A DNA stretch of 63,366 bases, the filler included, from Octopus bimaculoides (taxonomy: Eukaryota), in NCBI RefSeq assembly GCF_001194135.2. It is 4 parts of 4 records of this genome, joined end to end, with 100 filler letters (N's around TTAATTAATTAA, not from the genome) between each part and the next. Parts side by side here need not be neighbours in the genome. Positions count along the whole stretch, not along the records: positions 50,631 to 60,496 come from NW_026345583.1; positions 60,597 to 63,366 come from NC_068982.1; 2 more parts are not named here. One strand, 5' to 3'. Every line of letters begins with the position of its first letter. Within the stretch, counting starts at the first letter, position 1. Shown here piece after piece: positions 51,859 to 63,213 of this stretch. The position numbers and the translations under genes were made by a program. A model generated the notes under the pieces. The model was not told where the DNA came from. It was given only the letters and a program-made list of their open reading frames with translations, and ran no database searches.

Positions 51859-52692
51859 CCTCATTTCACGCATTCTCCGAAATGTTCTCTACGCTACATT
51901 AAACATTACTTTTTAATAAAAGACCCCTTTTTCTATCACATTCACATCTCCCTCTCTGTTTCTCCCCAGTTAGTTCCTCTCGATTTATCGATATATTCGT
52001 CAATGTATCTCTATCCATTGAATGTGTTCACTGAATTTATTCGTTTCGTCCTTGTTTTTCTCTCTTTTTATCCCTAAGAGAGTTGATGTCGTCTGCTTAT
52101 TGTGAAACAGAAAGGTAACATTTAACGAAACAAACGACCACAATTTATTTCGCTTCAATTGGTTTTTACTTGTTTCAACAAAATACTTTCCTCCACTATT
52201 TTTATTGAGATTTTTATATTATATATTTATACTTTATATCTTTTCCGGATATTTTTCCATAAGAATCTTTATATTCTTGTATTGTATATATTTTCTCATC
52301 ATTCATCTCGACACAGGTTACAAATTTAATGGCTACGAACACATGTTTTCTCTTGGTGCCTAAAATTTCTCTCAAAAAGGGACAATTTTTATTCACGTTT
52401 CGCGTCTCTGAGAGATATTATTCATTTCCTAATCGCTTCTTGATATGCCGTAATATTCACTGCGTTTCTCGCTCTCTATACTCCTTCGTGGATTTGTGTA
52501 TCACTCTTTCTATTTCGCAGTTTCTCAATCTCTCTCCTTCTCTCTCGCTCAATCTCTCACTCGTGTTAGGCTTAGAACTGATGTACAGTTTCAAAATTTT
52601 AGAGTTGCATTTCATATTATATACTACGCAGATGCGAACCGCATGTATTACATGATTTCAGAATCTTCGTATTTGGTTTAACTTTATTATTA

Positions 52693-53090
52693 TAAGGAGT
52701 GGCTGTGTGGTAAGTAGCTTGCTTACCAACCACATGGTTCCGGGTTCAGTCCCACTGCGTGTTACCTTGGGCAAGTGTCTTCTACTATAGCCTCGGGCCG
52801 ACCAAAGCCTTGTGAGTGAATTTGGTAGACGGAAACTGAACGAAGACCGACGTATATATGTATATATATGTATATATATATGTATGTGTGTTTGTGTGCC
52901 TGTGTCGTGTCCCCCCACCATCGCTTGACAACCGACGCTGGTGTGTTGACTTTCATCGAACTAATCGACCCCTGGACTTATTCCATCTCCCCCTTTTGCC
53001 GAACCGCTACTTTACGGAGGCGTAAACACACCAACACCGTTTGCCAATGGCGCGAGAAAAACAAAGATACAGAAATACACACACACACAT
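52693..53090 (+). mobile_element. CORE-like SINE (family C) head and body joined to an inverted piece of another copy
   Basis: Plus copy 52693-52948 (AGGAGTGGCTGTGTGGTAAG..GGGTTCAGTCCCACTGCGTGTTACCTTGGGCAAGTGTCTTC); from about 52960 the same 3' half is read on the minus strand. Confidence 0.85.
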
Positions 53091-53617
53091 ATATATATAC
53101 ATATATTTGTATATATATATATGTATATATATACATATATATATATNNNNNNNNNNNNNNNNNNNNNNNNNNNNNNNNNNNNNNNNNNNNNNNNNNNNNN
53201 NNNNNNNNNNNNNNNNNNNNNNNNNNNNNNNNNNNNNNNNNNNNNNNNNNNNNNNNNNNNNNNNNNNNNNNNNNNNNNNNNNNNNNNNNNNNNNNNNNNN
53301 NNNNNNNNNNNNNNNNNNNNNNNNNNNNNNNNNNNNNNNNNNNNNNNNNNNNNNNNNNNNNNNNNNNNNNNNNNNNNNNNNNNNNNNNNNNNNNNNNNNN
53401 NNNNNNNNNNNNNNNNNNNNNNNNNNNNNNNNNNNNNNNNNNNNNNNNNNNNNNNNNNNNNNNNNNNNNNNNNNNNNNNNNNNNNNNNNNNNNNNNNNNN
53501 NNNNNNNNNNNNNNNNNNNNNNNNNNNNNNNNNNNNNNNNNNNNNNNNNNNNNATATATATATATACACATATATATACACACACGTACATACACACATA
53601 CATATATAAATATTTAA

Positions 53618-53696
<79 letters not shown>

Positions 53697-54152
53697 ACAT
53701 TCGACATCCGGAGTCCGTGTGGAACACAGCGTGGTGGAGGCTATATTCTCACGGTTCTATCCCCACATTGCGCTAGAAAAAGAAAATCACTTATATCTAT
53801 AACTACAACTATGATGTGAGATCGTAGCAGTGGAAGTTTTCCATTAAGATGATAGCAAAGCATTAGCCACTAAAAAGAAGCAATATGAATCATATAACGA
53901 CAAAGAGGGAAGAGAGTAACAGTTGCAGAAATACATTTGTAAAATCTATCATTCCAGAAATAGCTATAATATTTACATAAGAAATAGGATAGGGTTGTAT
54001 ATGTAGGCTGTATCAGAAACATATTGTTCTTTCCTGAAATGCTTGAAGGAGAGGTTACACGATTGCCACGACTCCTGTACTTCTCTTGCAATTATTTTAT
54101 CGACACCGAAATGATGAAAAGTATAGAAGACCTTGACAGAATTTTAAGTCAG

Positions 54153-54381
54153 GCGGCGAGCTGCCAAAAACGTTAGCAAGCCGGGCGAAATGCTTAACGC
54201 TATTTCGTCTACCGCTACGTTCTGAGTTCAAATTCTGCCGAGGTCGAATTTGCCTTTCATCCTTACGAGGTCGATAAATTAAGTACCAGTTACGCACTGG
54301 GGTCGATGTAATCGACTGAATCCCTTTGTCTGTCCTTGTTTGTCCCTTCTATGTTTAGCCGGTTGTTGGAAATAAAGAATA
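54153..54381 (+). mobile_element. SINE family A (TTTGTCTGTCC tail type), full length, with target-site duplication
   Basis: GGCGGCGAGCTGCC..GAGTTCAAATTCTGCCGAGG..GGGGTCGATGTAATCGACT..AATAAAGAATA, flanked by 54138-54152 and 54382-54396. Confidence 0.92.
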
Positions 54382-54398
54382 AGAATTTGAAGTCAGAA

Positions 54399-54550
54399 CG
54401 TAAAGACGAACGAAATACGTAAAGACGAACGAAATACGTAAAGACGAACGAAATACGTAAAGACGAACGAAATACGTATAGACGAACGAAATACGTAAAG
54501 ACGAACGAAATACGTATAGACGAACGAAATACGTAAAGACGAACGAAATA
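54399..54550 (+). repeat. 19-nt minisatellite x8 (CGTAAAGACGAACGAAATA)
   Basis: Eight contiguous units; units 5 and 7 share a CGTATAG variant; the unit equals a segment of the SINE A head. Confidence 0.97.
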
Positions 54551-54594
54551 CCGCAAAGCATTTTTTTTCTCTGTGGTACTGAGAATCCATTAGA

Positions 54595-54800
54595 TAATCC
54601 TTTCTACTACAGGAACAACACGTGAAATTTGAGCTGAGTCTCATAATCGATTAGTGCTCAAACTGTTCTCATTTTATCCATCCTGAAAGGATGAAATGCA
54701 AAGTCGACCTCAGTGAATTTAACTCAGAGCATAAAGACCAACGAAGTGCCTCGAAGCATTTTGCCCAGTGTGCCGAATTATTCTGCCAGCTCGCCGCTTC
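54595..54800 (-). mobile_element. SINE family A
   Basis: GAAAGGATGAAATGCAAAGTCGACCTCAGTGAATTTAACTCAGAGC..CTGCCAGCTCGCCGC. Confidence 0.85.
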
Positions 54801-55674
54801 AATAATCCATTAAATAATAGTTTACTAACCCTTTTCTCAAATTCGTATATGATATCTTTTAGTCTCCGGTGCGTTTTACTTAACTTCAGGATCATGTTTA
54901 TTATAAGCATCAACATCAGTTATCCTCGATTTACGTAATACTTGTGAATTCGCCAGAATCGGTCATATTCGAGCAATTTTTGTAACACTTTCGAATATTT
55001 GTTTGCACTTATTTATTGTTATTTGTTTTTTTTTATCATTTCACTTATACTGCATCTGGATGAAAAGGACAGTGTCCATGATGTTTCCAGGCTCTCGAAG
55101 GTCAGTGAGCATGGAGCCCATAATACTCTGTTTAAATTGTTGCATTTCAACATGTCGAGGAAATAATAGATGTAGAGGGACAATGACCAGAAAAAATAAT
55201 AAAAAGTTTGTGCTTTCTAACAAACGCAGACCCTCAGCTAGAAGGTCACAACAAGGATGAGGGGAAATAAAGTGACGCAGGTGTAGCTTACACCCAAATG
55301 CTAGAGGCAGAAGACCAGCCAACATCACGAAACAAATGACACTACCAGATACAAAGAAGACTAACCTATTTCTTCCTTTGTAGCTAGAGAAAATCTTTAC
55401 TCTTGGTGGTTATGTCTCTAATATTTTCCTATATTTTCTTTGATTTTTCACAGGAATTATCCGCCAAAGAAATACTGGTTGATCTATTGTGCTGTATGGG
55501 TTGTTTTCTGCGATGAATATAGGGTTCAAGCCTTTTCCTGTTTGTTTTAAAAGGGGACTTTCTATTCCGTTTTGAGCTTCTAAGGAAACAACTATAGATT
55601 TAATCATCATGATTTTAAATTCATAATTTCTTCTCTTTTGTGGTTTCCTCCTCCATCTCATCGTCCTCCTCATT

Positions 55675-55945
55675 CTTCTTCTTCCTTTTTTCTTCTTCCT
55701 TTCTTCTTCTTCTTCTTCTTCTTCTTCTTCTTCTTCTTCTTCTTCTTCTTCTTCTTCTTCTTCTTCTTCTTCTTCATTTCCTTCCTCTTCTTTCTCCTGT
55801 TTAGTTTTTCTTTTCCTTATTCTCATTTGCAAAATCAATCATCACTCTTATACATTATTCTTATTATTAATAATATTATTATTATCGTTATTATTACCAT
55901 CATCATCATCATCATCACCATTATCATCATCATCATCATCATTAT
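55675..55945 (+). repeat. (CTT)n and (ATT/ATC)n trinucleotide arrays
   Basis: Direct reading. Confidence 0.92.
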
Positions 55946-56510
55946 TACTATTGGCGAAATAGAGCATTTTTAAACGAATCCATGCAATAAATTGCCCGTA
56001 CAACAAAATTGAGGAAAACGAAAAGTATTTATTCTGGGATGTGTACGTTGATTCGAAAGCTAACAGGCATACACTCACACACAGATACACAAATAAATAT
56101 ATACGCATAATGGCAGCTGAAAACACAAACAATCGAAAACAAAAATACAAAGTTACACAAATAGAATCCTCCCCAAAATATAACCTATTTGGGAACGCAT
56201 AGCCTTTTGTATATGAATGCGTATTAAACTAGGAAGTTGCGATATATTTAAACATATACATATATATATAGAGAGAGAAAGCCAAATATATATATATATA
56301 TATATGAGTGTGTGTATGTGTGTTTGTGTACGTATATGTAAATTTATATATATATACACAAATGTATATATATATATATCTAAATACATCTAGATACATA
56401 CGCACATGTAGATACATGTAAATACATACATACACACCATTTATTAACAAATGCACATACATACATATATAAACCGCAACGCATTTACATGCTGACATAT
56501 ATATAAATGT

Positions 56511-56571
<61 letters not shown>

Positions 56572-58491
56572 NNNNNNNNNNNNNNNNNNNNNNNNNNNNN
56601 NNNNNNNNNNNNNNNNNNNNNNNNNNNNNNNNNNNNNNNNNNNNNNNNNNNNNNNNNNNNNNNNNNNNNNNNNNNNNNNNNNNNNNNNNNNNNNNNNNNN
56701 NNNNNNNNNNNNNNNNNNNNNNNNNNNNNNNNNNNNNNNNNNNNNNNNNNNNNNNNNNNNNNNNNNNNNNNNNNNNNNNNNNNNNNNNNNNNNNNNNNNN
56801 NNNNNNNNNNNNNNNNNNNNNNNNNNNNNNNNNNNNNNNNNNNNNNNNNNNNNNNNNNNNNNNNNNNNNNNNNNNNNNNNNNNNNNNNNNNNNNNNNNNN
56901 NNNNNNNNNNNNNNNNNNNNNNNNNNNNNNNNNNNNNNNNNNNNNNNNNNNNNNNNNNNNNNNNNNNNNNNNNNNNNNNNNNNNNNNNNNNNNNNNNNNN
57001 NNNNNNNNNNNNNNNNNNNNNNNNNNNNNNNNNNNNNNNNNNNNNNNNNNNNNNNNNNNNNNNNNNNNNNNNNNNNNNNNNNNNNNNNNNNNNNNNNNNN
57101 NNNNNNNNNNNNNNNNNNNNNNNNNNNNNNNNNNNNNNNNNNNNNNNNNNNNNNNNNNNNNNNNNNNNNNNNNNNNNNNNNNNNNNNNNNNNNNNNNNNN
57201 NNNNNNNNNNNNNNNNNNNNNNNNTATATATATATATAAAATGTTTTGATAGAGTATTTGTCTCAGTTTTCGCTGTAATTAATTCATTAGAAAACACGAG
57301 TTTTTAGAATAGTCATTTCAACAGCAAATGTATCTTTAGTGTAATCATATCAAAGTACAAAGCCGCTCGATCATCGATGCGTGGAATTTGGATTGTAGTT
57401 TCATCAAAGAATACAGACGTTCAAGAAAATATACATGTATTTTCGATAGTAATTTTAGAAAATCAAAAAAAAAATAATCATTTCATCAGAAAATAACCGA
57501 CATACGTACAAGCAAACTATTTGAAAATAGTTTTGGTAAAATCATTTCATGAAACGCAACAAGCTTCATCAGACAATACAGGTCATTATATAATAATAGG
57601 AAGCAACGGCAGCCATTTTCGTATAGGCATTTCATCATATTACAGAGTGTTTTCGGCATACATATTTCATCAAAGCATTGAGGCTTTTGATACGTAATTG
57701 TTATATTAATCAGGTCCTGTCGGTTTCGGATTGCATTCTCATTACATCTGCATTTGCATTACGATATACTGCTGCCAGACAAGTTGAAGACGAGGCCAAG
57801 GAAAATCATATGTATTGCGTTCCAAAAGTTGTGCAGAAACTTCGACACAATCAATCTATGAAAGAACAGACGAGGAAACCCGGAGCAAAGTAGCAGCAGT
57901 TGTACTGATTAGATTTCAATGAATAAATCTGATATAGTAGATCGGCTGCGGATATTTCCTCGCAGTTGCGCGAATGTTACTGTCCGAGTCTGTATGTAAG
58001 TATATATGTAGGCATACCAATGTATGTATGCATATATGTATATGTATGTTTACACACAGATACACACAAACATATATACATNNNNNNNNNNNNNNNNNNN
58101 NNNNNNNNNNNNNNNNNNNNNNNNNNNNNNNNNNNNNNNNNNNNNNNNNNNNNNNNNNNNNNNNNNNNNNNNNNNNNNNNNNNNNNNNNNNNNNNNNNNN
58201 NNNNNNNNNNNNNNNNNNNNNNNNNNNNNNNNNNNNNNNNNNNNNNNNNNNNNNNNNNNNNNNNNNNNNNNNNNNNNNNNNNNNNNNNNNNNNNNNNNNN
58301 NNNNNNNNNNNNNNNNNNNNNNNNNNNNNNNNNNNNNNNNNNNNNNNNNNNNNNNNNNNNNNNNNNNNNNNNNNNNNNNNNNNNNNNNNNNNNNNNNNNN
58401 NNNNNNNNNNNNNNNNNNNNNNNNNNNNNNNNNNNNNNNNNNNNNNNNNNNNNNNNNNNNNNNNNNNNNNNNNNNNNNNNNNNNNNNNNNN

Positions 58492-58548
<57 letters not shown>

Positions 58549-58618
58549 GTGTATGTGTGTGTGTGGGGGGGGTGTGCATACATATATCAATACGTATATA
58601 CTTATCGGGCTATATATA

Positions 58619-59081
58619 TAATACTAATTTGCTATAAATAATATACATGTCTTTACGTGTCTATAGCAGTGTGTATAAGTGTCCTTGTAGATAATTATAT
58701 GTGCACCATATACACGAACAGGTGTGCACTGTTTGTACGTGTGTCTGTGTCTGTGTCTGTGTCTGTGTGTGCACCCGCTTGTGTTTGAGTGCGTGTGTAT
58801 AAGCACGCAGCGTGCACGTGCAAGTGTGTATGTAAAAATGGTGCGATTGTTGGATCATAAGGCTATCACGAGATTGTACGAAGATTTAGGAGTTAAGATG
58901 TTGATATGAATATGAAAATGAGAGAAGTGATACAAAAGAGGAGAAGAATGATTATGGATATTAGAAATCTGAGAACAAAAAAACCACGGAATTGAAGGTG
59001 ATAACACAAGGAAATAATATTGCTGCAACATGAAAAAAAAAAAAAATACAGGAAATCATAGCGGATCACAATATTAATGTA

Positions 59082-59114
<33 letters not shown>

Positions 59115-59241
59115 ACTAATAATAAGAAAAAGAATAACATTACCAATAATAAACTTCGTGTACATGATATGGTATAACTAAAAACCATATATATACTTAA
59201 ACACACATATAGGCAGATAGATTTATATATACATTCCTATA

Positions 59242-59288
<47 letters not shown>

Positions 59289-60177
59289 NNNNNNNNNNNN
59301 NNNNNNNNNNNNNNNNNNNNNNNNNNNNNNNNNNNNNNNNNNNNNNNNNNNNNNNNNNNNNNNNNNNNNNNNNNNNNNNNNNNNNNNNNNNNNNNNNNNN
59401 NNNNNNNNNNNNNNNNNNNNNNNNNNNNNNNNNNNNNNNNNNNNNNNNNNNNNNNNNNNNNNNNNNNNNNNNNNNNNNNNNNNNNNNNNNNNNNNNNNNN
59501 NNNNNNNNNNNNNNNNNNNNNNNNNNNNNNNNNNNNNNNNNNNNNNNNNNNNNNNNNNNNNNNNNNNNNNNNNNNNNNNNNNNNNNNNNNNNNNNNNNNN
59601 NNNNNNNNNNNNNNNNNNNNNNNNNNNNNNNNNNNNNNNNNNNNNNNNNNNNNNNNNNNNNNNNNNNNNNNNNNNNNNNNNNNNNNNNNNNNNNNNNNNN
59701 NNNNNNNNNNNNNNNNNNNNNNNNNNNNNNNNNNNNNNNNNNNNNNNNNNNNNNNNNNNNNNNNNNNNNNNNNNNNNNNNNNNNNNNNNNNNNNNNNNNN
59801 NNNNNNNNNNNNNNNNNNNNNNNNNNNNNNNNNNNNNNNNNNNNNNNNNNNNNNNNNNNNNNNNNNNNNNNNNNNNNNNNNNNNNNNNNNNNNNNNNNNN
59901 NNNNNNNNNNNNNNNNNNNNNNNNNNNNNNNNNNNNNNNNNNNNNNNNNNNNNNNNNNNNNNNNNNNNNNNNNNNNNNNNNNNNNNNNNNNNNNNNNNNN
60001 NNNNNNNNNNNNNNNNNNNNNNNNNNNNNNNNNNNNNNNNNNNNNNNNNNNNNNNNNNNNNNNNNNNNNNNNNNNNNNNNNNNNNNNNNNNNNNNNNNNN
60101 NNNNNNNNNNNNNNNNNNNNNNNNNNNNNNNNNNNNNNNNNNNNNNNNNNNNNNNNNNNNNNNNNNNNNNNNNNNNN

Positions 60178-60218
<41 letters not shown>

Positions 60219-60381
60219 TATATGTGTGTGTGTGTGTATGTGCGTGTGTGTGTGTGCGTATACGTGTGTATGTATATATGTATGTATGCATGTATATATA
60301 TGTATGTATGTATAATTGACACTTATACACACTGCTATAGACACGTAAGACATGTATATTATTTATAGCAAATTAGTATTA
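58619..60381. repeat. 65-nt long-range inverted repeat (58619-58683 / 60318-60381)
   Basis: TAATACTAATTTGCTATAAATAATATACATGTC(T)TTACGTGTCTATAGCAGTGTGTATAAGTGTC occurs on both strands with one indel; about 1.6 kb apart including an 890-N gap. Confidence 0.85.
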
Positions 60382-60444
60382 TGTATATAAAAAAAAAATA
60401 TGCTGACGTTCTAATCTCCGTACTCGTTGTAATTGTCTTATGGA

Positions 60445-60495
60445 TATATGGGGCGGCGCCTGGCCGACCGATTCGCGGAACACCTCCGAGATATC
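60445..60495 (+). mobile_element. Penelope-like element GIY-YIG endonuclease stub
   Basis: TATATGGGGCGGCGCCTGGCCGACCGATTCGCGGAACACCTCCGAGATATC = YMGRRLADRFAEHLRDI, matching PLE YIG.TGR.L..RF.EH; truncated by the scaffold join. Confidence 0.7.
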
Positions 60496-60540
60496 ANNNN
60501 NNNNNNNNNNNNNNNNNNNNNNNNNNNNNNNNNNNNNNNN

Positions 60541-60552
60541 TTAATTAATTAA
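60541..60552. other. Assembly spacer TTAATTAATTAA (artificial scaffold join)
   Basis: N44 on both sides. Confidence 0.95.
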
Positions 60553-60612
60553 NNNNNNNNNNNNNNNNNNNNNNNNNNNNNNNNNNNNNNNNNNNNATAT
60601 ATATATATATAT

Positions 60613-60773
60613 GGCAGGCTTCTTTCAGTTTCCGTCTACCAAATCCACTCACAAGGCTTTGGTCAGCCCGAGGCTACAGTAGAAGACACTTGCACAAGGT
60701 GCCACGCAGTGGGACTGAACCCGGAACTATGTGGTTGAGAAGCAAGCTTCTTATCACACAGCCACTCTTGCGC
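60613..60773 (-). mobile_element. CORE-like SINE (family C) 5' half
   Basis: CTTCTTTCAGTTTCCGTCTACCAAATCCACTCACAAGGCTTTGG..GTGGGACTGAACCCGG..CACACAGCCACTC. Confidence 0.9.
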
Positions 60774-61019
60774 CTATATATACCCAACAATTCATGTAGC
60801 TAAAGAGTACTGGGGCTTTAATTTGGATTCTGTAAGTGTTTTACACTTTATTTAGTATAGAAGTCAGTCCACGGGGATCTCAGTCCACCAGTACCAAAGT
60901 ATGGTATAATATATGTGAGCTATATAGTAGATACACAAACAAGGCTAACTTAGCTATTTCTCCATATACATATACATGTGTGTATATATGTATGTGTGCG
61001 TGTGTGTGTAAGTGTTTGT

Positions 61020-61220
61020 CTGCGCTTGTTCCCCCCACCACCACTACTAGACAAATGGTGTTGGTTTGTTTACGTCCCCGTAACATAATTGCTCGGTAAA
61101 TGAGATCGATGGAATAAGTACCAAACATTAAAAAGTAAGCACTAAGGTAGATTTGTTCAATCAAAGCCTTCAAGACAGTGCCTCAGAATGGCTGCAGATG
61201 ACTGAAAGAATTAGAAGTTA
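61020..61220 (+). mobile_element. CORE-like SINE (family C) 3' half, diverged
   Basis: GTTTACGTCCCCGTAAC..AATAAGTACC..GAATGGCTGCAGATGACTGAAA. Confidence 0.75.
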
Positions 61221-61229
61221 AATGATATA

Positions 61230-61398
61230 CTCTTTTCTACTCTAAGCACAAGGCCCGAAATTTTTGGAGAGGAGGGGCGACCCAGTACGCAACTGATTTA
61301 TCGACCCCGAAAGGATGAAAAGCAAAGTTGATCTCGGCGGAATTTGAACTCAGAACGTAAAGACAGACGAAATTCCGCTAAACATTTTGCCCAGCGTG
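61230..61398 (-). mobile_element. SINE family A
   Basis: GCACAAGGCCCGAAATTT..ATCGACCCCGAAAGGATGAAAAGCAAAG..GGCGGAATTTGAACTCAGAACGTAAAGACAGACG..CTGCCAGCTC. Confidence 0.9.
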
Positions 61399-61665
61399 CT
61401 AACGTTTCTGCCAGCTCAGGTGGTGGTGGTGGTGATCGCACGGCACAACCATAGTAACAAAAACAAGAATGAGAAATAGACATCGAAACGGATGAGTAAT
61501 GTGAATTGAAGAAAATCAGACACAAAACGACGAAAGAATCGGAAAGATATTGGAATTCAGTTGACATTTGTATATAAATCAATTAGTTAATTAATTGATT
61601 AACATGTAAATAAATTGGGTGTGCTATAATTATATGAACAGGTATATATATGTATGTATATATAA

Positions 61666-61714
<49 letters not shown>

Positions 61715-62082
61715 AATATCACTGAATAGATCCTATCACGATATAATACACGAATATGTATAGATCAGTTAATAGTTACAAACCTAAAAAGATACACACA
61801 CGTGTGCACACACAGACGCGCTCACACACATACGAACGCGCGCACACACACACACATACACACATACACACACACACATACACACAGAGTAATCTTTGAA
61901 AGGAAATAATTAAATGTGTATGTCGAAATTGTTGCGATATTCGGTCGATAACTGATAAGGGAGTGAATATGTCAGCGTCGATCACGTTTGTTTTTTTGTC
62001 TCTCCCTATATTTCTTAGTCATCTCCTCTGTGCCTTTTTTTTTCTCCCTCTCCCTGCTGTCTTTTTTTCTCAACCTGCTGCT

Positions 62083-62092
62083 GTCACGTGAC
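62083..62092. promoter_or_regulatory. Palindromic E-box GTCACGTGAC (USF/MiT-TFE type)
   Basis: Perfect 10-nt palindrome in a CpG-retaining non-repeat stretch; motif match only. Confidence 0.2.
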
Positions 62093-62507
62093 CTGCGGCC
62101 AAGTTTCTCTTTTTCTTCCTTTCTGAGACAGGTCCCTGAGCTGACCAGTCGCAAATTATCTCTCCGTTCTCCATTCTTCAAAACATTTTCTAAACAGTAC
62201 CCACTATTCTCGTCTCTTTGGCTCCAAGGCCGTATTTTGCTCAACACTTTGTCCTCGTCCACCGTCCTAAATCACACTCTGTGTCGTTTTGCTTGTTTTG
62301 TTTCGTTTTGTTTGCTCTTGTCCCTAATTCTACGCAAGAATTTTTTTTTTTGCGTCAATTGGGAAGTACTCAGTCTTATCGTTAAAGGTGCAAAACTGAA
62401 CAGTACTATTAATCGACAAATGATGTAGGATTATGGACTTTGTCTCCTGTTCGACGTTACGTCGTTTGTTTATACATTTTTTCATTTATTATATCTTTAT
62501 AGGCTAA

Positions 62508-62900
62508 GAAGTGCCAGTGTGGTAAGTAGCTTGCTTACCAACCGTATGGTTCCAGGTTCAATCCACTGCGTGGCACCTTGGACAAGTGTCTTCTGCTATA
62601 GCCTTGGGCTGACCAAAGCCTTGTGAGTGGATTTGGTGGACGGAAACTGAAAGTAGCTTGTATATATATATATATGTGTGTGCGTGTATGTGTTTGTGTG
62701 TGTGTGCGCGCGCGTGTGTATCTGTGTGTATATGTGTCTGTGTTTCTCTCCCACCCTACATCGTTTGACAACGAAGCCCCGTAACTTAGTAGTTCGGCAA
62801 AAGATATCGATAGAAAGAATAAGTCCCGGAGTCGATTTGCGCGACTAAGGGCGGTACTCCAGCATGGCTGCAGTCAAGTAAAAGAATAAAAGAACAAGTA
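62508..62900 (+). mobile_element. CORE-like SINE (family C), full length with deletions
   Basis: GTGTGGTAAGTAGCTTGCTTACCAACC..GGCACCTTGGACAAGTGTCTTC..GTCGATTTGCGCGACTAAGGGCGGTACTCCAGCATGG..AAAAGAATAAAAG. Confidence 0.9.
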
Positions 62901-63140
62901 AAATTGCAACAAGCAAAAGAATAAAAGAATATATATATATATGCACACACATGCATTTATATATGTGTAAGTGTGTGTGTGTGTGTGTGTGAGTACGTGC
63001 GCGCGCGCAGAGAGTGAAGACGCCTGACCTATTGGATAGAGTTGTCGCACTTACGTTCATGGGATCGTACATTCGATTCTCTAACCGGCTGCGCGTTGTA
63101 TTCTTCTGCAAAATACTTCATTTCACGTTACTCTACTCAC

Positions 63141-63213
63141 CTGCAAATGGGTAACTCTGGGACGGACTAAACTTCTGATCAGCGGCGAATGTTGTCATGC
63201 TCGCTGGCATCAT
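63141..63213 (-). CDS. Candidate first coding exon of a host gene (MMPASMTTFAADQKFSPSQSYPFA, phase 1); weak resemblance to Pax3/7 N-terminus
   Basis: ATG in GAAAGATGATG context (A at -3), 24 open codons, perfect donor CAG|GTGAGT at 63141/63140, possible upstream acceptor CATTTTAG| at 63223; non-repetitive CpG-retaining sequence. Confidence 0.5.

Larger units (their letters stand above)
54090..54560 (-). mobile_element. SINE family A interrupted by a younger SINE and carrying an internal minisatellite
   Basis: Pieces 54090-54152 and 54382-54560 join across a 15-nt duplication AGAATTT(T/G)AAGTCAG. Confidence 0.8.

Noticed and set aside
55040-55370. RTE-X-like C-terminal relic (QLEGH, RGRRP)
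   Set aside because: Needs several frameshifts; similarity too low to support.
57590-58001. ORF 57678-57893 with upstream CAGCCATTTT and downstream GTAAGT donor
   Set aside because: No recognisable domain, the ORF stops about 100 nt before the donor, and the motifs are short.
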